Below, one piece after another: positions 42,803 to 43,243 of a stretch of DNA of 43,243 nucleotides (positions are counted from its first letter, which is position 1; the number at the start of each line of letters is the position of its first letter). Position numbers and translations under genes: made by a program. Source of the stretch: a virus; IMG/VR virus record IMGVR_UViG_3300045988_144944; one strand, written 5' to 3'. Under the pieces are notes generated by a model. It searched no databases and was not told the DNA's origin. It saw nothing but the letters and a program-made list of their open reading frames with translations.

Positions 42803-43048
42803 TTAATGATTATAAAATGAAACTTTAATGCCCCTTCTAAGTTTGATATATACAACATCATCTTTGCTTTTAAAAGCTTTTGATAACATCTTATTTGCCA
42901 TTTCTTGCCCGACTATTTTTATTAACCCATAAATACCAATCAACGTGTTTATCTTTTTATTGTTATAAATTCCGGCAACTTTAATCTTGAAAGATTTATT
43001 TATTTCTGTTACTGAATAATTTAACCCTTTATAAATTTCAAGTTCCAT
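42803..43048 (-). CDS. Hypothetical early protein
   Basis: 81-aa ORF, the first gene after cassette E. Its ATG lies 28 nt downstream of the -7 box. Confidence 0.5.
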   Translation of the reverse strand: MELEIYKGLNYSVTEINKSFKIKVAGIYNNKKINTLIGIYGLIKIVGQEMANKMLSKAFKSKDDVVYIKLRRGIKVSFYNH

Positions 43049-43074
43049 TTTTAATTTATCTTTTTGATTACACT

Positions 43075-43243
43075 ACAAATATACAGCTTATTTTTATTCT
43101 ACCAAAAGAATAGCTTATTATTTAATGCTAATTAACAAAAAGTTTTGCTTGGGGGGGGCAAAAGTTATTATTTTGATCGAATTTTCGATTTAAGGAACTT
43201 TCTTCAGACTGCTTGGCATCTTATCCAGATAAAAAAGAAAGTG
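43075..43243 (-). repeat. Intergenic cassette copy E (same genomic copy as A across the circular or terminal junction)
   Basis: 43100-43243 is identical to 1-144. The core is identical to the other copies, and it carries the agcat patch allele. Confidence 0.9.
43076..43106 (-). promoter_or_regulatory. Bacteroidetes-type promoter (TTTG-N19-TATATTTG) driving the early unit
   Basis: Plus caaatata at 43076-43083 and caaa at 43103-43106, with a 19-nt spacer. Confidence 0.75.

Noticed and set aside
215-43243. Other plus-strand ORFs of 60-180 aa throughout the track (e.g. 215-802, 8778-9143, 34585-35805, 40282-40827)
   Set aside because: They are leucine-, serine- and phenylalanine-rich translations typical of the antisense strand of AT-rich genes. 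Each is fully nested in a longer minus-strand ORF. No plus-strand promoter or terminator logic was seen.
1-43243. Temperate lifestyle or a diversity-generating retroelement
   Set aside because: No integrase, recombinase or excisionase, no divergently transcribed repressor and no reverse transcriptase motifs were seen. I found no template/variable repeat pair near the tail-fibre or LamG genes.

Overview
The window appears to be a complete tailed-phage genome of about 43.1 kb. Bases 1-144 are identical to 43100-43243, so the unit length is 43,099 bp, either circular or terminally redundant. It is AT-rich, and every credible gene lies on the minus strand. No integrase, RT, tRNA or CRISPR array was seen. 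Read in the transcription direction (high to low coordinates), the gene order is as follows. First come small early ORFs and an XRE-like HTH. Next is a recombination/replication block: PD-(D/E)XK exonuclease, an initiator-like wHTH protein containing an iteron array, a RuvC-like resolvase, a DNA MTase, an SMC/Rad50-like ATPase and SSB. An accessory block follows: ASCH protein, a 30-unit tetrapeptide-repeat protein, a MazG-like fusion and a ParB-MTase. Then come TerS/TerL, the head genes (portal, scaffold-like, major capsid), the tail genes (1208-aa tape measure, large distal tail proteins, an SGNH-esterase fibre) and the lysis genes (holin-like protein, amidase). The most unusual feature is a near-identical intergenic cassette of about 195 bp, present four times per genome and five times in this window. 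Each copy ends in a canonical Bacteroidetes promoter (TTTG-N19-TATATTTG), which points to a Bacteroidota host. Each copy also carries about 130 bp of additional conserved, structured sequence. The cassette variants sort the genome into an early half and a late half. All functional calls rest on motifs read by eye; no database search was possible.
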